A DNA stretch of 64,000 nucleotides. Source: Candidatus Omnitrophota bacterium (GTDB lineage Bacteria > Omnitrophota > Gorgyraeia > Zapsychrales > Zapsychraceae). Of the stretch, positions 47,971 to 57,919 are shown piece after piece (the stretch's first letter is position 1; the number at the start of each line of letters is the position of its first letter). Where the stretch lies: positions 702,361 through 766,360 of the forward strand of contig JBFWOS010000001.1 of NCBI GenBank assembly GCA_050250375.1. The letters are read 5' to 3'. The notes under the pieces are model-generated. The model worked only from the letters and a program-made list of their open reading frames with translations. It was not told the DNA's origin and made no database searches. A program made the translations under genes and the position numbers.

Positions 47971-50553
47971 TTAATTAATGGAAAATACTAATTCACCATT
48001 TTTTCCTTTTTCAATCAGGATTGAATCCTTTTCCTTGATCTCACCTTTTAACAGTTTCATCGCGAGCTGATCTTGAATCGATTTCTGGACCACCCGTTTT
48101 AAAGGACGGGCCCCGTAGACAGGGTCATATCCCCGCTGTCCTAATAATTCTTTCGCCTGTTCGGTTAATTCGAAGGTGATCTCTTTATCATGAAGCCGTT
48201 TCTTAAGGATTTCGATCTGGATATCCACAATCCGGTGAATATCTTTTTCCGTCAGCCGGTTAAAGATGATAATCTCATCAATACGGTTTAAAAATTCCGG
48301 TTTGAAATAATGCGTCAAAGCCCTTTGGATCTCTCCTTCAATCTCTTTCTTTTCAGACAGCCCCGCGATATCCCCGGAACCAATATTTGATGTCATGATA
48401 ATGACTGTATTCCTGAAATTAACCACACGCCCCTGTCCGTCGGTCAAACGGCCTTCATCGAGAATCTGAAGCAGTGTGTTAAAAACATCCGGATGGGCTT
48501 TCTCGATCTCATCAAACAGCAAGACCGCATACGGTTTTCGGCGCACGGCCTCCGTTAACTGCCCGCCTTCATCGTACCCCACATATCCCGGCGGAGCCCC
48601 GATCAGCCTGGACACACTATGTTTTTCCATATACTCACTCATATCGATCCGGATCATCGCGGATTCATCATCAAACAAAAACCCCGCCAGGGATTTGGCC
48701 AATTCCGTTTTCCCAACCCCGGTCGGACCGACAAAAATGAACGAGCCGAGCGGCCGGTTCGGATCACTCAACCCGGTCCTTGACCGTCTGATGCAGCTCG
48801 CGATTTTGTCGATGGCTTCATCCTGGCCGACAACCCTCTGTTTTAGGTTTTCTTCCATGTGGATCAGCTTTTCCGTTTCTCCCTCGAGTAACTTCGAAAT
48901 CGGAATCTTGGTCCATTTGGAAATAATCTGGGCGATGTCTTGATCGTCCACTTCCTCTTTTAACATTAGACCTTTTTTCTGCATATCAATCAGCTCTTTG
49001 TTGCGCTGTTGTAACTCTTTGTCCAAATCAACCAGCGTCCCGTATCGAATCGCAGCGACCTTGTCGAGATTTCCAATTTTTTCATACTGCTCCGATTCAA
49101 TCTTGGCCTGTTCAATGCGGGCTTTAATCGAACGGATCTTCTCGATGATGTCTTTCTCATTTTGCCAGCGGAGCCTCAGCTTCTTATTTTCTTCTTTCAA
49201 AGATTCCAACTCTCCCTCGATATTGAGCAGGCGTTGCTTGGAGGCGTCGTCCTTTTCTTTCTTTAAGGCCTGACGTTCAATTTCCAATTGACGAATCTTC
49301 CGTTCATTCACGTCCAATACCTGGGGCATGCTGTCGATCTCAATCCTTAAACGTGATGCCGCCTCGTCAATCAAATCAATGGCTTTGTCCGGAAGAAACC
49401 GGTCCGTTATGTATCGGTGGGACATGGTGGCGGCCGAGATTATGGCTGAGTCCTGTATCCTGACGCCATGGTGTATTTCATATTTTTCTTTTAAACCGCG
49501 CAAAATGGTAATGGTGTCTTCAACGGTAGGCTCAAGCACCATAACCGGCTGAAAACGTCTTTCAAGCGCGGCGTCCTTTTCAATATACTTACGATATTCA
49601 TCCAGCGTTGTCGCCCCGACACAGTGGAGCTGTCCCCGGGCCAGGGCCGGTTTTAACATATTCGACGCATCAAGCGAACCGTCGGTCCGTCCCGCACCGA
49701 CAATCGTATGCAATTCATCAATAAAAAGTATGATCTCTCCGGCTTTGGATTCAATTTCCTTCAAGACCGCTTTTAACCGGTCCTCAAATTCGCCCCGGTA
49801 TTTGGCGCCGGCAATTAATGCCCCCATATCCAGGGACACCACCTTCTTATTTTTTAATCCCTCCGGGACATCCCCCGAACTGATCCGAAGCGCCAGACCT
49901 TCCGCGATCGCCGTTTTACCGACCCCGGGCTCACCGATCAAGACCGGATTATTCTTCGTCCGTCGGGATAAGACCTGAATGACGCGCCGGATTTCTTCAT
50001 CACGTCCGATGACAGGATCCAGCTTGTTTGATTTTGCCAGATTTGTCAGATCTCGCCCATATTTATCCAAGGCCTGATATTTGTCTTCCGGGTTCATGTC
50101 CGTCACTTTTTGTCCCCCCCTGATTTTATGGAACAATTCTTTTAAATCACTTTCCTTGATGCCGTTTTGTTTTAAGATCTGATGAATGACCGTTGATGAA
50201 TCGCGGTAAAGGGCCAGCAGTATATGTTCCTGGGAGACATATTCATCTTTCATGGCTTTTGACTGATTCAAACTGTCTTTTAAGACTTCATTGAGCGGAT
50301 GAGAGACCGCCGGCTGAGAACCTCCCTGGACCGTGGATTTACGGGCCAGACTTTCGTCCAGCTTTTCCATAACTTCCCGACTGTTGACGCCCAGCTTCTC
50401 GATCAGATCACCGATAATCCCTCCATCCTGTTTCAGCAAAGCATAAGATAAATGGTCGGTGTCCACCTGTGCATGCGATAATTCATTCGCTAATTCAAAC
50501 GCTTTTTGCAAAGCTTCCTGGTTTTTCTGAGTAAATTTATCTAAACGGATCAT
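47971..50553 (-). CDS. clpB: ATP-dependent chaperone ClpB
   Basis: Two AAA+ modules ([16 protein letters not shown]) with the middle coiled-coil. 860 aa. Confidence 0.95.
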   Translation of the reverse strand: MIRLDKFTQKNQEALQKAFELANELSHAQVDTDHLSYALLKQDGGIIGDLIEKLGVNSREVMEKLDESLARKSTVQGGSQPAVSHPLNEVLKDSLNQSKAMKDEYVSQEHILLALYRDSSTVIHQILKQNGIKESDLKELFHKIRGGQKVTDMNPEDKYQALDKYGRDLTNLAKSNKLDPVIGRDEEIRRVIQVLSRRTKNNPVLIGEPGVGKTAIAEGLALRISSGDVPEGLKNKKVVSLDMGALIAGAKYRGEFEDRLKAVLKEIESKAGEIILFIDELHTIVGAGRTDGSLDASNMLKPALARGQLHCVGATTLDEYRKYIEKDAALERRFQPVMVLEPTVEDTITILRGLKEKYEIHHGVRIQDSAIISAATMSHRYITDRFLPDKAIDLIDEAASRLRIEIDSMPQVLDVNERKIRQLEIERQALKKEKDDASKQRLLNIEGELESLKEENKKLRLRWQNEKDIIEKIRSIKARIEQAKIESEQYEKIGNLDKVAAIRYGTLVDLDKELQQRNKELIDMQKKGLMLKEEVDDQDIAQIISKWTKIPISKLLEGETEKLIHMEENLKQRVVGQDEAIDKIASCIRRSRTGLSDPNRPLGSFIFVGPTGVGKTELAKSLAGFLFDDESAMIRIDMSEYMEKHSVSRLIGAPPGYVGYDEGGQLTEAVRRKPYAVLLFDEIEKAHPDVFNTLLQILDEGRLTDGQGRVVNFRNTVIIMTSNIGSGDIAGLSEKKEIEGEIQRALTHYFKPEFLNRIDEIIIFNRLTEKDIHRIVDIQIEILKKRLHDKEITFELTEQAKELLGQRGYDPVYGARPLKRVVQKSIQDQLAMKLLKGEIKEKDSILIEKGKNGELVFSIN

Positions 50554-50579
50554 GGCCGAATACCTCTTTTTTGTGATTT

Positions 50580-50617
50580 CCTTTCATAAGGCGGATTTAA
50601 AGCCGCCTTATGAAAGG
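50580..50617 (-). other. 15-bp perfect stem hairpin (CCTTTCATAAGGCGG-atttaaag-CCGCCTTATGAAAGG) between hsp20 and clpB, not followed by a U-tract
   Basis: Seen directly in the sequence. Sits 27 nt upstream of the clpB ATG and its AAGAGG SD. Confidence 0.5.
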
Positions 50618-50639
50618 ATACTTTCCTTGATTATAGTGG

Positions 50640-51092
50640 TCAACCTTCAATTTCGATTTTCCTTACGACTGAATTTTCGTTCTTTTTCACGGTAACTTCC
50701 AACACCCCGTTTTCATATTTGGCTTTGACATTCGCCAGATCAATCTGTTCCCCCAAATCCAATCGTCGGACAAATTGGCCATACGAACGTTCGAGACGGT
50801 GATAATTCTTCTCCTTTTTTTCCGTCTCCTGCTTTCTTTCTCCTTTAATGGATAATACCGTGCCTTCGGCCGAGAGTTCAATATCTTTTTTATCAATCCC
50901 GGGAATATCGGCCCTGATCAAAAAATGATCTTTTTCTTCAGTAACGTCTATAGCCGGATTCCATTTTTGTGAAGATTCAATCAACGGTTTCAATTCCGGA
51001 AATAAAGTTAAGCCGAAGAACGGATGCTCTACCCCAAAAAAATCTTCTGTTGACGGTAAGTTCTTTCTTGGTTTCCAATGTGACAGGTTCAT
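50640..51092 (-). CDS. Small heat-shock protein (Hsp20/alpha-crystallin family)
   Basis: Alpha-crystallin domain (FLIRADIPGIDKKDIEL...GVLEVTV). Start set at MNLSHW because AAGGAGGAG lies 5 nt upstream; the track start is a 5-prime extension. Confidence 0.85.
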   Translation of the reverse strand: MNLSHWKPRKNLPSTEDFFGVEHPFFGLTLFPELKPLIESSQKWNPAIDVTEEKDHFLIRADIPGIDKKDIELSAEGTVLSIKGERKQETEKKEKNYHRLERSYGQFVRRLDLGEQIDLANVKAKYENGVLEVTVKKNENSVVRKIEIEG

Positions 51093-51149
51093 TTTACTCC
51101 TCCTTTTGATAATCCAACCATAAAACATGATTAATTAAATCCAAACTTT

Positions 51150-51176
51150 CTAGCACTCATTTGTAACGAGTGCTAA
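51150..51176 (-). promoter_or_regulatory. CIRCE operator (CTAGCACTC-N9-GAGTGCTAA) upstream of hsp20-clpB
   Basis: Near-perfect CIRCE consensus, 58 nt upstream of the hsp20 start. Confidence 0.85.
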
Positions 51177-51216
51177 CCTCTGGGCAAAAAAAATGGCCCG
51201 AACATAATCAAAAAAT

Positions 51217-51510
51217 TCATCCATCAGCCCCTCCTTTTCTATATTCCATTTCAATAATTAATTTTACACCGCTGATATTAACGCGTTTTTCCTTCATTAA
51301 ATAACGGATATGGATTAATGTGACAATCTGCTGTTTCGAATAACAACGGGTTTTACTCCCGATCCTTTTAGGACTGACGATCCCCAATTCATCAATCTTC
51401 CGTAAAGTCCAAATCGGAATGTCCACCATTTCGCTAACAACACCAATGACAAACAAAGGTGCATTTGGATTAATACTAAAATCAAATTGGTTAGTCGGCT
51501 GTTCAGTCAT
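51217..51510 (-). CDS. MerR-family transcriptional regulator (HspR-like)
   Basis: MerR HTH (LFVIGVVSEMVDIPIWTLRKIDELGIVSP). ATG at 51510 with an AGGAAG SD; the track uses an upstream GTG. Confidence 0.7.
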   Translation of the reverse strand: MTEQPTNQFDFSINPNAPLFVIGVVSEMVDIPIWTLRKIDELGIVSPKRIGSKTRCYSKQQIVTLIHIRYLMKEKRVNISGVKLIIEMEYRKGGADG

Positions 51511-51537
51511 GGTGATCACTTCCTGTAAGCTAATAAA

Positions 51538-51594
51538 AATATAGCATTATCTAATTACTTTGTCAAGATATACTATTTTTTTTAATTAGATAAT
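51538..51594 (-). promoter_or_regulatory. Sigma70-like promoter (TTGACA-17-TATATT) for the merR-like gene, with a perfect 12-bp inverted repeat ATTATCTAATTA / TAATTAGATAAT flanking the -35 box
   Basis: -10 at 51538-51543 and -35 at 51561-51566 (minus-strand sense). IR arms at 51546-51557 and 51583-51594. Confidence 0.5.
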
Positions 51595-51630
51595 CTAATC
51601 ATTTAAGGGGCTGAACGAAAACTTGAGCCG

Positions 51631-52905
51631 TCATTTTAAATTCTTAAATTTTCCAACGAGATTGGTAGGCACAGAGGCCCGGATGTTAATCTTGTCATTA
51701 TAATATTTAATGGAAAGGACCTCCCCCTCCTCATGCACAAGGCTGACCAAATCCATGCGGTGAATAGGGACATTTACATTAATTTCAATAAAAAGCCCGG
51801 AGAGCAATTCTGTAATCTTGTCGAATAACCCCTGAATCCCTTCGGCCTTTAAAACAGAAATGCAGACCGCATGTTCAAAATTCTTAGAAAAATCCGGCAG
51901 CCAGCTGCGATCCTCCAAACGGTCAATCTTGTTAAACACAAGGATGGTGGGCTTGTCCAACGACTCAAGATCTTCAAGAACTTCTCTAACGGCTTCAAAC
52001 ATCTGCCTGAAGTTCGGATGACTGATGTCAACAACATGCAAAAGTAAATCAGCATCCCTGACTTCTTCCAATGTGGCTTTAAATGATTCGATTAGATGGT
52101 GCGGCAATTCATGCATAAGTCCAACCGTATCCGAGAGAACTATTTTCTGATGATTCGGCAAAATGAACTGGCGGGACAGGGAGTCCAGCGTAGTAAACAT
52201 ACCATCCTGTGTTTTTTGATGGGCTCCCGTCAAATAATTCAACAAAGTGGATTTTCCCGCATTGGTATACCCTACCAATGAAACGCTCGGCAATCCTTTA
52301 TTAAATCTTTTCTTACGGCCTGTCTGGCGGTTCTGAACGATTAATTTTAACTCTTTCTTTAATCTTGAAATTCGAACAGAAATCCGCCGGCGGTCGACTT
52401 CAAGCTTTGTTTCGCCAGGCCCCAGCGTTCCTATCCCGCCGCCGAGCCTGGATAATTCCGCCCCTTTTCCGACCAGCCGCGGCAAAAGATATTCCAGCTG
52501 CGCTAATTCCACCTGCATTTTACCTTCCTGGCTTTTGGCGTGTCTTGCAAAAATGTCGAGAATCAACTGGGTCCGGTCGATTGTCTTAATTTTAAACACT
52601 TCTTCAAGGTTGCGTATCTGGCTCCCTTTTAATTCGTGGCTGAAAACGATTGCATCGACAGGTTTAATTTCACACAGAGCCAAAATTTCCGCTGATTTGC
52701 TGTCTCCGATAAAATTTTTGGCCGTCGGCTGCCTTACTTTGCAAATAATACTGTCCACCACTTGCCCCCCGGAGGCCTTGACCAACTCTTCCATTTCCAA
52801 ACGTTTATCCTCAGCCGCCCATTCCGTATGCTCCGTTTTTAAATCAATCGCCACAACCAAAACTTTTTCCAGCGAACCTTGTTTAGTCAAAAACTCACTT
52901 TTCAT
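51631..52905 (-). CDS. hflX: GTPase HflX
   Basis: HflX N-domain plus G domain (GYTNAGKSTLLN, DTVG). Confidence 0.9.
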   Translation of the reverse strand: MKSEFLTKQGSLEKVLVVAIDLKTEHTEWAAEDKRLEMEELVKASGGQVVDSIICKVRQPTAKNFIGDSKSAEILALCEIKPVDAIVFSHELKGSQIRNLEEVFKIKTIDRTQLILDIFARHAKSQEGKMQVELAQLEYLLPRLVGKGAELSRLGGGIGTLGPGETKLEVDRRRISVRISRLKKELKLIVQNRQTGRKKRFNKGLPSVSLVGYTNAGKSTLLNYLTGAHQKTQDGMFTTLDSLSRQFILPNHQKIVLSDTVGLMHELPHHLIESFKATLEEVRDADLLLHVVDISHPNFRQMFEAVREVLEDLESLDKPTILVFNKIDRLEDRSWLPDFSKNFEHAVCISVLKAEGIQGLFDKITELLSGLFIEINVNVPIHRMDLVSLVHEEGEVLSIKYYNDKINIRASVPTNLVGKFKNLK

Positions 52906-53825
52906 AATCCGGTTTTCTCTCTAATAATGTTAACGATATCTTTTTTGGGTGTACCTGGAGGCACGTCCATCCAATTCACACGTTTCTCTTTCCTAAACCA
53001 GGTTAACTGCCTTTTGGCAAACCGCCGGGTATTTTGTTTCATTAAATCTTTGGCGGCATCAAGACTGTATTCGTCCTGTAAATACCCACGAACCTCCCTG
53101 ATCCCAATAATACCCGATGCGCTGGGACTGAGTTCAACGCCCTCAATTCCTCTGACCTCTTCAATCAGCCCCGCTTCAAACATGATATCGACCCGCTTGT
53201 TAATCTGATCATATAAGATTTCCCTCCGGCAGTTTAACCCGAAAATGGCTATATCATATTTCCCCCATAGACCTTCACATTGATGTTGCTTGCCGGTTAT
53301 CGGTTGGCGTTCGACTAGGCAGACTTCAAGGGCACGGATTATTTTCTTCAGGTCATTGAAATGAATTTTCTTGGCCGCTTGCGGGTCCATGGACATCAAT
53401 CGATCGTGGAGATGCTCGTTTCCATAATCCTCCGCTTCTTTTCTTAACTGTTCCCTTAACTCCAGATCCGGGTCCGCCCCTTTGAAAATCCCGTCTAATA
53501 AAACTTTTACATATAACCCGCTGCCGCCAACGACCACCGGAAGTTGTTGGGAGTTTAATATGGACTCTACGGCGGCACTAGAACGTTGGTAAAAACGGGA
53601 CACATCAAATCGATCCGTCAATGAAACAATATTAACCAAATGATGCGGGATACGTTTCAGTATTTCAGCCGAAGGTTTGTTGCTCGCGATGTTTATTTCT
53701 TTATAAACCTGTACGGAGTCACAAGAAACAATCTGTAACGGGATGTCTTTAGCCAGTTCAAAGGCAATATCTGATTTTCCTGTAGCGGTTGGCCCAACAA
53801 TAAAAACGACTTTCTTTGAATGCAT
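52902..53825 (-). CDS. miaA: tRNA dimethylallyltransferase
   Basis: VVFIVGPTATGKSDIA P-loop with miaA-hflX synteny. Confidence 0.9.
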   Translation of the reverse strand: MHSKKVVFIVGPTATGKSDIAFELAKDIPLQIVSCDSVQVYKEINIASNKPSAEILKRIPHHLVNIVSLTDRFDVSRFYQRSSAAVESILNSQQLPVVVGGSGLYVKVLLDGIFKGADPDLELREQLRKEAEDYGNEHLHDRLMSMDPQAAKKIHFNDLKKIIRALEVCLVERQPITGKQHQCEGLWGKYDIAIFGLNCRREILYDQINKRVDIMFEAGLIEEVRGIEGVELSPSASGIIGIREVRGYLQDEYSLDAAKDLMKQNTRRFAKRQLTWFRKEKRVNWMDVPPGTPKKDIVNIIREKTGL

Positions 53826-53835
53826 AGAGAATAAT

Positions 53836-54597
53836 CTAAGGATAAATCCAGGCAGGATAACCTAATTTGGCCAGCTTTGATTTCAACCGTTCCGCTTCCT
53901 TGAGCACCGTCATTTGCCCAACACGGACACGGTAAAATTTTGTATTGTCCCTGTCGACGGTCTCAACAATATATGCGTATTGACCGTTACTTTTCAAAAT
54001 CTCCGCCAATTGCTCCGCTCTTTTAGGATCAACAAAGGCCCCTACCTGAACAGCAAAATACTGCTTCTCATCCAATAATTGCAGAGCTATATGATATTCA
54101 AAACTGTTCGGGAACCTTTCCACAATCTGATCAAGATACCAATTAGCGTCATTCCAGTTGGTCAGTTTTAAATTGATTCTTGCCGCCTTTAAATAAATCA
54201 AACTTAAGAACTGGGACCTAGGGCTTATTTGGAGAAGTTTCTGCAAGGCTTTCTGAGCCATCTTGTATTTTTCCTGCTGGTAATAACATTCAATAAGTCC
54301 AATATGGGCCTTATCTCTTATGTCATCGGGAGGATTGTCTTTTAATAAGCTTCGGAAAACCTTGATTGAATCCGAGTATTCTTCTAACCGCAGATGGCTG
54401 ATGCCCAGATAATATTTGGCCTCAAAAGACACGTCCTTTTTAACCACAGCAAAATTAAGCACTTCCATAGCCAATTTTTTTGAAAGGACAAAATCCTGTT
54501 TCATAACGGCTGTTTCGACATCGTTAATATCGGAAAAGGCCGGGTTCACGAAAAAGGAAACAATCAGGACACTGAGAAGATAATGATGTGATTTCAC
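53836..54597 (-). CDS. Secreted TPR plus SPOR-domain protein
   Basis: Signal peptide and TPR repeats. C-terminal SPOR domain (YFAVQVGAFVDPKRAEQLAEILK...YRVRVGQ). Confidence 0.7.
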   Translation of the reverse strand: MKSHHYLLSVLIVSFFVNPAFSDINDVETAVMKQDFVLSKKLAMEVLNFAVVKKDVSFEAKYYLGISHLRLEEYSDSIKVFRSLLKDNPPDDIRDKAHIGLIECYYQQEKYKMAQKALQKLLQISPRSQFLSLIYLKAARINLKLTNWNDANWYLDQIVERFPNSFEYHIALQLLDEKQYFAVQVGAFVDPKRAEQLAEILKSNGQYAYIVETVDRDNTKFYRVRVGQMTVLKEAERLKSKLAKLGYPAWIYP

Positions 54598-55065
54598 GCA
54601 GATATCGTATCAAAAATAACTATTTATTTCTACCAAAAAGAAAAGTCATCAATTCCTTACAGTCCGCTTGCGATCTCTTTAGCGTTTACATTCGCACAAT
54701 AATTTCCAACAATTCGCTCTTTTGAAATGAAATTCATGACAATGGTCGTCTCTTCGCTGAAGCAGACGATAATGATCGTGTGAACACGACTGCCTCTTTC
54801 CTTTCAGCCTGTGGGACTTACAACAATGTTCGCGCAGAAGACTCCGATGAGAGCGGCATGAAGATCGATATGAATATGGGGGCGTACTTATGCAATGACC
54901 ATAAGCGGTGGACACGACACACAACAAATTTATTAATATCGTAATGGTTATAACCTTCATACCTCTTCCTAAAAATATTTTTATCTTTATAGACATCCCA
55001 TTCTTTGAAGATTCACGCAGTATTAAACATTTTATAACCATAAAAGTTTCGATTTTCTTAGAAAT

Positions 55066-55105
55066 AAAAAACCCCGGATAGATTGTTTGTATCCGGGGTT
55101 GGTTT
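55066..55105 (-). terminator. Rho-independent terminator (CCCCGGATA-gattgtttg-TATCCGGGG, followed by U6 on the minus strand)
   Basis: Directly downstream of the 55132 stop. Confidence 0.75.
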
Positions 55106-55131
55106 ACACCGCTCCAATCAAAGATTTCTCC

Positions 55132-56007
55132 CTACTGGTCATCCTCCTCTTCTTTGTCCTTGCCAAACATCGATGTTTTTCGGTCATTATTCGAAACCGT
55201 GCCGTTTCGAAGCATTTTTCTCTTAAAACCCTTTTCTTCAAAATCTTTTGCCGGCCCGTCAAATCGTTTATTCTTCTTTTCAGAAATTATTTTTGCACCG
55301 AACTCTTTTTTCTTGAAGGCCTTCGTTTCATAACCTTCATCCGGAACCTCATCATCAAGCCTTTTACCACCGAATTTTTTCTTCTTCTTGGTTCGGTTAT
55401 AGTCTTCTATCTTTTTTCGTTGTTCGGAAGAACGGTATACATCGCTCTTACGATCTATTTCTTTTTTATTTTTCTGAAAAGAAGCTTCGCGTTCCGCGTC
55501 TTCTCTTTCACTTGGAGAAGCTTTATCCTTCATCTTCTCTGAGCCGGAAGAAGAACTTTCTTCCTTCTTCCGATTGAGTCTATCATTATTGCTTTCTTGT
55601 TCCCCATCATAAACCAAAGACTTCTTCTGTATTTTGGGCTGTTTAACTGTTATTGGTTTTTCATCATCCAGCGGTTTTTCTTCAACAACAGTAGAAACGG
55701 CGGCCCCATTCAATTCAGAATTTTTTTCAGTTCCCCGAAAATTCTTTTCCGATGGAAGGATATATTGCCGGCCTTTAACGGAATCCAGCATTTCCTTCTC
55801 GCGTTTAGGATCGATCACTTCATCAAATATCTCAGGGATGGATTTCTTTGAAGCCTCAGCTTCTTCAATAATCAATTCATACTCCTCATCCGAAATCTTC
55901 TCATGCAATAAATTTTCCACTTCTGTTTTTGTATAAGCAAAAACATCACTCACCCAGATAGAATTTACCATGAATACTGCAATCAGTAAGGTTTTAATAT
56001 TCATCAC
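55132..56007 (-). CDS. Secreted, highly charged K/E/D-rich low-complexity protein
   Basis: Signal peptide MMNIKTLLIAVFMVNSIWVSDVFA. The rest is low complexity. Confidence 0.5.
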   Translation of the reverse strand: MMNIKTLLIAVFMVNSIWVSDVFAYTKTEVENLLHEKISDEEYELIIEEAEASKKSIPEIFDEVIDPKREKEMLDSVKGRQYILPSEKNFRGTEKNSELNGAAVSTVVEEKPLDDEKPITVKQPKIQKKSLVYDGEQESNNDRLNRKKEESSSSGSEKMKDKASPSEREDAEREASFQKNKKEIDRKSDVYRSSEQRKKIEDYNRTKKKKKFGGKRLDDEVPDEGYETKAFKKKEFGAKIISEKKNKRFDGPAKDFEEKGFKRKMLRNGTVSNNDRKTSMFGKDKEEEDDQ

Positions 56008-56570
56008 TTATTACCCCGTCTTTGGTTTTCATTAAACATTTCAGAATTCTTTCTACTTCTAAATTTCTTCCGCATTTTTGCCTTTTCTTCCAAATCTAAT
56101 TCCTGCCAGCGTTTTCTCTTTTCTTTTATTCTTTCTTTCTGCTCAGGGGACAACTCATTATATTTTCTTCGACGCTCAATGATCTTATGCTTATCTTCAT
56201 CCGAAAGGGATTGCCAGCGCTGCTGTTTTTTATAGATCAATTCCTTTTCATTTTCAGGCATATTTTTAAATTTATCCCAGCGTTCCCTAATTTTGCGTTT
56301 TCGTTCGGGGGATAAATTTTTATACCGTTGGTACCGCCTCTCAATTTCCGCTTTCCTGTCCGGATCAAGTTCTTTCCACTTCTTCAGCCGCTCTTTATAT
56401 TTTGCTTTTTCTTCCGACGTTAACTGTTCCCATTTTTCTCTCGCCTGCTGTATTTTGACCGAGCCATCTTCCTCGGCCACAGCCAAACGAACATCCGCTT
56501 TTAAAAAATAGGCAGAAGACACCAGCAAAAACGCTAATAATATATTAACATATTTATTCGGTTCGTTCAT
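56004..56570 (-). CDS. DUF3106-like secreted repeat protein
   Basis: Four repeats of the ..RW..L.PE.K type (EKWEQLTSEEK / ERWDKFKNMPENEK / QRWQSLSDEDK / KRWQELDLEEK). Confidence 0.6.
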   Translation of the reverse strand: MNEPNKYVNILLAFLLVSSAYFLKADVRLAVAEEDGSVKIQQAREKWEQLTSEEKAKYKERLKKWKELDPDRKAEIERRYQRYKNLSPERKRKIRERWDKFKNMPENEKELIYKKQQRWQSLSDEDKHKIIERRRKYNELSPEQKERIKEKRKRWQELDLEEKAKMRKKFRSRKNSEMFNENQRRGNK

Positions 56571-56775
56571 CTATATCTCCCGGTTCTTCGTTATTCTCAA
56601 TATAATCCGAGTCGTCTTCAAGCATCTCTAAATTTTCCAAAATTTCAAAACTCTCCAGAATTTCTAATTCTTCCTTTGTCAATTTTTCTTCCCCCAAGCA
56701 CCGGGTGGATTGCGCCAGAAATAGGCCGACAATAAGGATTATGTATGCATGTTTAGGCGGCATAAGAAACTTCAA
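56554..56775 (-). CDS. Small secreted acidic protein with LE-x-LE repeats
   Basis: Signal peptide, then EELEILESFEILENLEMLEDD. Confidence 0.4.
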   Translation of the reverse strand: MKFLMPPKHAYIILIVGLFLAQSTRCLGEEKLTKEELEILESFEILENLEMLEDDSDYIENNEEPGDIDERTE

Positions 56776-57268
56776 ACTCCTCTAACTGCTCCAGAAATTC
56801 CATATCTTCAAGAAAATCAATATCTTCGATGATATCAAGATTTTCAGCCAATTCATAGTTTTCAAGGAATTCCAATTCATCAACGCTAAAGCTAACCATT
56901 TCAACTGGTTGCAAAGTATTTATCCTGAAATGATAAACCTGAATAGCCGCCGTAACCAATAAAACCAGACAAAAGGCGGACAATACCGGCACCCATTTTC
57001 GCCAATGAAACCTGATCGGGACGACACCTGACTTCGCCAAAACAGCTTTTTCGTCTGTCAGCCTGGTCCAAAAATCAGAAACATAGGCCGGGGACGGGTT
57101 GATCGTATCAATTCCGTCTAACATTTCCCAGGCCCTCCGCAGTTCCTCGGCATAGGCTTTAAGTTCGGCGTCCTTCTCCAAATATTCCATAACCAATTGA
57201 GAATCATTAGGATCTAGCTCGTTTTCAATATAGAGCGGGATCATTTGACGGATTTTCTTAGAATTCAT
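56753..57268 (-). CDS. Putative membrane-spanning anti-sigma factor
   Basis: Directly downstream of the ECF sigma gene. One TM helix. C-terminal acidic ELEFLENYELAENLDIIEDIDFLEDMEFLEQLEEFE tail. Confidence 0.5.
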   Translation of the reverse strand: MNSKKIRQMIPLYIENELDPNDSQLVMEYLEKDAELKAYAEELRRAWEMLDGIDTINPSPAYVSDFWTRLTDEKAVLAKSGVVPIRFHWRKWVPVLSAFCLVLLVTAAIQVYHFRINTLQPVEMVSFSVDELEFLENYELAENLDIIEDIDFLEDMEFLEQLEEFEVSYAA

Positions 57269-57328
57269 ATTTAACCTCCACTGTACCTTGTACCCACAAA
57301 AAAAACAAAAGTTTCGTTTATAATAATA

Positions 57329-57919
57329 TTATTTTACAAGACTTTTTAATTGTTCCCGCAGGTTTTCTTTGGCCCGGTTGAGCAATGATTTTACCGCCTT
57401 GGGTGAAACGTTCATAATTTGGGAAATCTCTTCATACGAAAACTGTTCGTACCGCCTTAAAAGAACCGCGACGCGTTGATTCTCCGGCAATGTGGCAATG
57501 GCCTTTCGGATCAGCAGGTTTTGTTCGTTCTGCAAGAGCTGTTCCCCCGGCGTTTTCTGCCGTTCATCCTTCAACTGAAACGTGACACGGTCTTCCCCGG
57601 CATTGACCTGCTCATCCATGGAAACCATCTTAAATCTTTTTTTCCTCAGTTCATTTAAACTAAGATTCTTGGCAATCGTAAACAGCCAGGTGAGGAATTT
57701 GGATTGCGGCTGATAATTGCCGGAAGCCTTATATACCCGGATGAAGACTTCCTGGGTTAAATCCTCGGCGATTTCCCGGCTGCCAACGTATCGGTAAATA
57801 AAATTCAGGACCCGGCTGAAATGAGCCGTCATCAGCTTCTCAAACGCCTGTTTGTCTCCCGCCTGAAAATCCAGCATCAGCCGGACATTCGGGTCATCCT
57901 TAAAATCAGCGACGCTCAT
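57329..57919 (-). CDS. ECF-subfamily RNA polymerase sigma-70 factor
   Basis: Region 2 (LTQEVFIRVYK) and region 4 (YEEISQIMNVSPKAVKSLLNRAKENL). Confidence 0.85.
   Translation of the reverse strand: MSVADFKDDPNVRLMLDFQAGDKQAFEKLMTAHFSRVLNFIYRYVGSREIAEDLTQEVFIRVYKASGNYQPQSKFLTWLFTIAKNLSLNELRKKRFKMVSMDEQVNAGEDRVTFQLKDERQKTPGEQLLQNEQNLLIRKAIATLPENQRVAVLLRRYEQFSYEEISQIMNVSPKAVKSLLNRAKENLREQLKSLVK

Noticed and set aside
54679-55041. 120-aa Cys/His/Arg-rich ORF on the minus strand.
   Set aside because: Implausible composition, no RBS, and it lies in an otherwise non-coding spacer. Treated as spurious (see the ncRNA-candidate finding instead).
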